From the NCBI GenBank assembly GCA_977017645.1, contig OZ360223.1, positions 67,084,001 to 67,148,000 on the forward strand: a stretch of 64,000 bases of DNA, written 5' to 3'. Under the pieces are notes generated by a model that was not told the origin of the DNA, did no database searches, and saw only the letters and a list, made by a program, of their open reading frames with translations. The position numbers and the translations under genes were made by a program. Below, piece after piece: positions 62,235 to 64,000 of the stretch (the first letter of the stretch is position 1; each line of letters starts with the position of its first letter). This DNA is from Torpedo marmorata. Its lineage: Eukaryota.

Positions 62235-62520
62235 GGGCCGCAGAGTGACACAGCCTCACATCTCCAGCATCATGAGTTTACTTTCTCCCTGTCACCGTGT
62301 GGTTTTCCTCTTGGTGCTCCGGTTTCCTTCCCTATCCCAAAAATGTACAGATCGGTAGGTTAATTGGCCTCTATAAATTGCCCCTGGTGTGTAGATGTGT
62401 GGAAGAATCTGGAATGTGGGGAGAATAAAGAGGGTGAGGGTAGGATTAGTGTAAAAATGGGTGTTTGATGGTCAGCACAGAATCAGTGGAGTGAAGACCC
62501 TGATTCATGGTACATCTAAA
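62235..62520 (+). mobile_element. Older V-SINE with CR1-like tail
   Basis: TTCTCCCTGTCACCGTGTGGTTTTCCTCTTGGTGCTCCGGTTTCCT; GGTAGGTTAATTGGC. Confidence 0.75.
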
Positions 62521-63181
62521 TGAAAACTACAATACCATGCAATTGCTGAAAATCTGAAATGAAAAGTACGCCGTATCTGAAAGTGAAAGGCAGGTAAATA
62601 TTTTCATGGAGATTTTATTACAATTGTTACTAATCCAAACAAGGTTACTATCTACTTTTTGAATCTTCACCAAATCATTTTTAAATAATTGTATTTTAAT
62701 AAAATGGCAAAATGAGGTTGATTGCTGCTTTTCACTTGTTTTTGAAGAAAGATGCCAAACCACTCTTGAACAAGTCTTATTCATACACACTGTAGATTGG
62801 AGCAGCTGTAATTGTGCAGGCGAACCCATAGCTACAAAACCAAGATGTGAACTGTACTTGATCACATTCTATAGTGTCTAACTTAGATGCTAACAACATT
62901 TAAATTCATGGGCAGAAGTTAAAAAGTGAAATAATCGGTCAGTTCAGTAACTAAATAGAACTGAATTGAAGTTTAAAACAGGAAAATCATTTACCATTTT
63001 CAAGTGTCCTGTTTGATTTGGCTCACGAGCATGTATATCAATTCGAATGAAGAAAGCTCTGCAGAATAGATCTTGGGTCCATATAAATTACAACAGGTAA
63101 TATTTGCATATTCCAAACTGCTGCCTCCTTTATTTCCAAATTCCCTCATAGATGAGCAATTAATTTCAATTCTAATTGCAG

Positions 63182-63379
63182 ATGTACAGTGTGTGGCAGA
63201 TGAGGACATGCCCAAGGATCCAAGTGGGATGGTTGGAACCAATGTGGTTAGATGGGGCACATGTCATATCGCTTGCAACAATGCAGGAATAAACATGCAC
63301 TCAGGCAAGGAAGAAGAAGCTGTCAAAGTTGGGCAAGACTTCTGATGTCAATCCATGAGGAGTAATTATGGGCTGCCAG
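63182..63379 (+). pseudogene. Decayed exon of a classical short-chain dehydrogenase/reductase (sugar-alcohol dehydrogenase-like)
   Basis: Acceptor ctaattgcag| and donor CAG|gtgtgt. Reads VAD......D...MV...V.RWGTCHIACNNAGIN, then after a frameshift KTSDVNP*GVIMGCQ (SDR pattern W...F.VN.RG.F.C.Q). TGA at 63356-63358. Confidence 0.75.
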
Positions 63380-64000
63380 GTGTGTACAATGCATTATCCT
63401 TTTGTGTGGACTAAAGGTTAAGCCTTTATCTTTGCCCCAGGCAGCACACCTGTGGAAAAGTACATCTGAGTTTAATAAACTTCAATTTTTGTTATTTTTT
63501 AAAAACTTAATTGGATTACAATTCAAGTTATCACAAGAACTGTTGAATGAGATGAGTAATTTTAAAAACTCTGGGATTTCAATCACTAAGATTTATGGTG
63601 ATAGGTGGGCACATTTTACAACAGAGGAATATTTTGCACAGCCTTCTGATTGCCTGGAGGGTACTCGAGGCTTGAGATTTCAGCTGTCCAACATTACTCA
63701 CAATAATAGTGTAGATTTCTGATATACTTTGGCATCACCCGAATAAAATCTCATTAGTAAACAGCAATTGGAGTAAGGTTAAGCACTCTGCCCATTTGAA
63801 GCTCTCTTGTTCTGTCCAGATGTGATGCTTTGAGACCAGTTGCAGGAAATGCACAACTGCACGTCTGGCATTCCAAAACTGCTGTTGCACATGTTTTCAT
63901 TTTCCAACCGCACTGACCTATATCCACACCCTGACCTCAAAATAAAATGCAAAAGTGTTTATCCTTTTCCACAAATCCATCCGTGGTTTGACCCACCAAA

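Overview
A 64-kb AT-rich vertebrate genomic window, almost certainly from a cartilaginous fish. The repeat content (HE1-type V-SINEs, SacSINE/Deu-SINEs, CR1, Rex1/Babar and Penelope remnants) is typical of sharks and rays. I found no intact host gene; the window reads as intergenic or deep-intronic DNA full of transposable elements. Highlights: (1) a nested cluster of elements at about 35.3-41.4 kb, built inside a (TA)n microsatellite within an old Deu-SINE. It contains two identical tandem repeats each carrying a canonical type-I hammerhead ribozyme (retrozyme or Penelope pLTR-like), a pogo DD35D transposon with an uninterrupted transposase ORF, and an internally deleted Helitron that keeps its STPR repeats. 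(2) A second class of minimal hammerheads in Penelope tails, including a head-to-head palindromic insertion with a 14-bp TSD. (3) A non-coding GC-rich ~0.83-kb retroelement family with a YY1-motif head and a Rex1-like tail (3 copies). (4) A full-length but decayed L1 with a TSD. (5) A decayed, splice-flanked exon of a short-chain dehydrogenase at 63.2-63.4 kb. All calls were made by eye; no database searches or folding programs were run.
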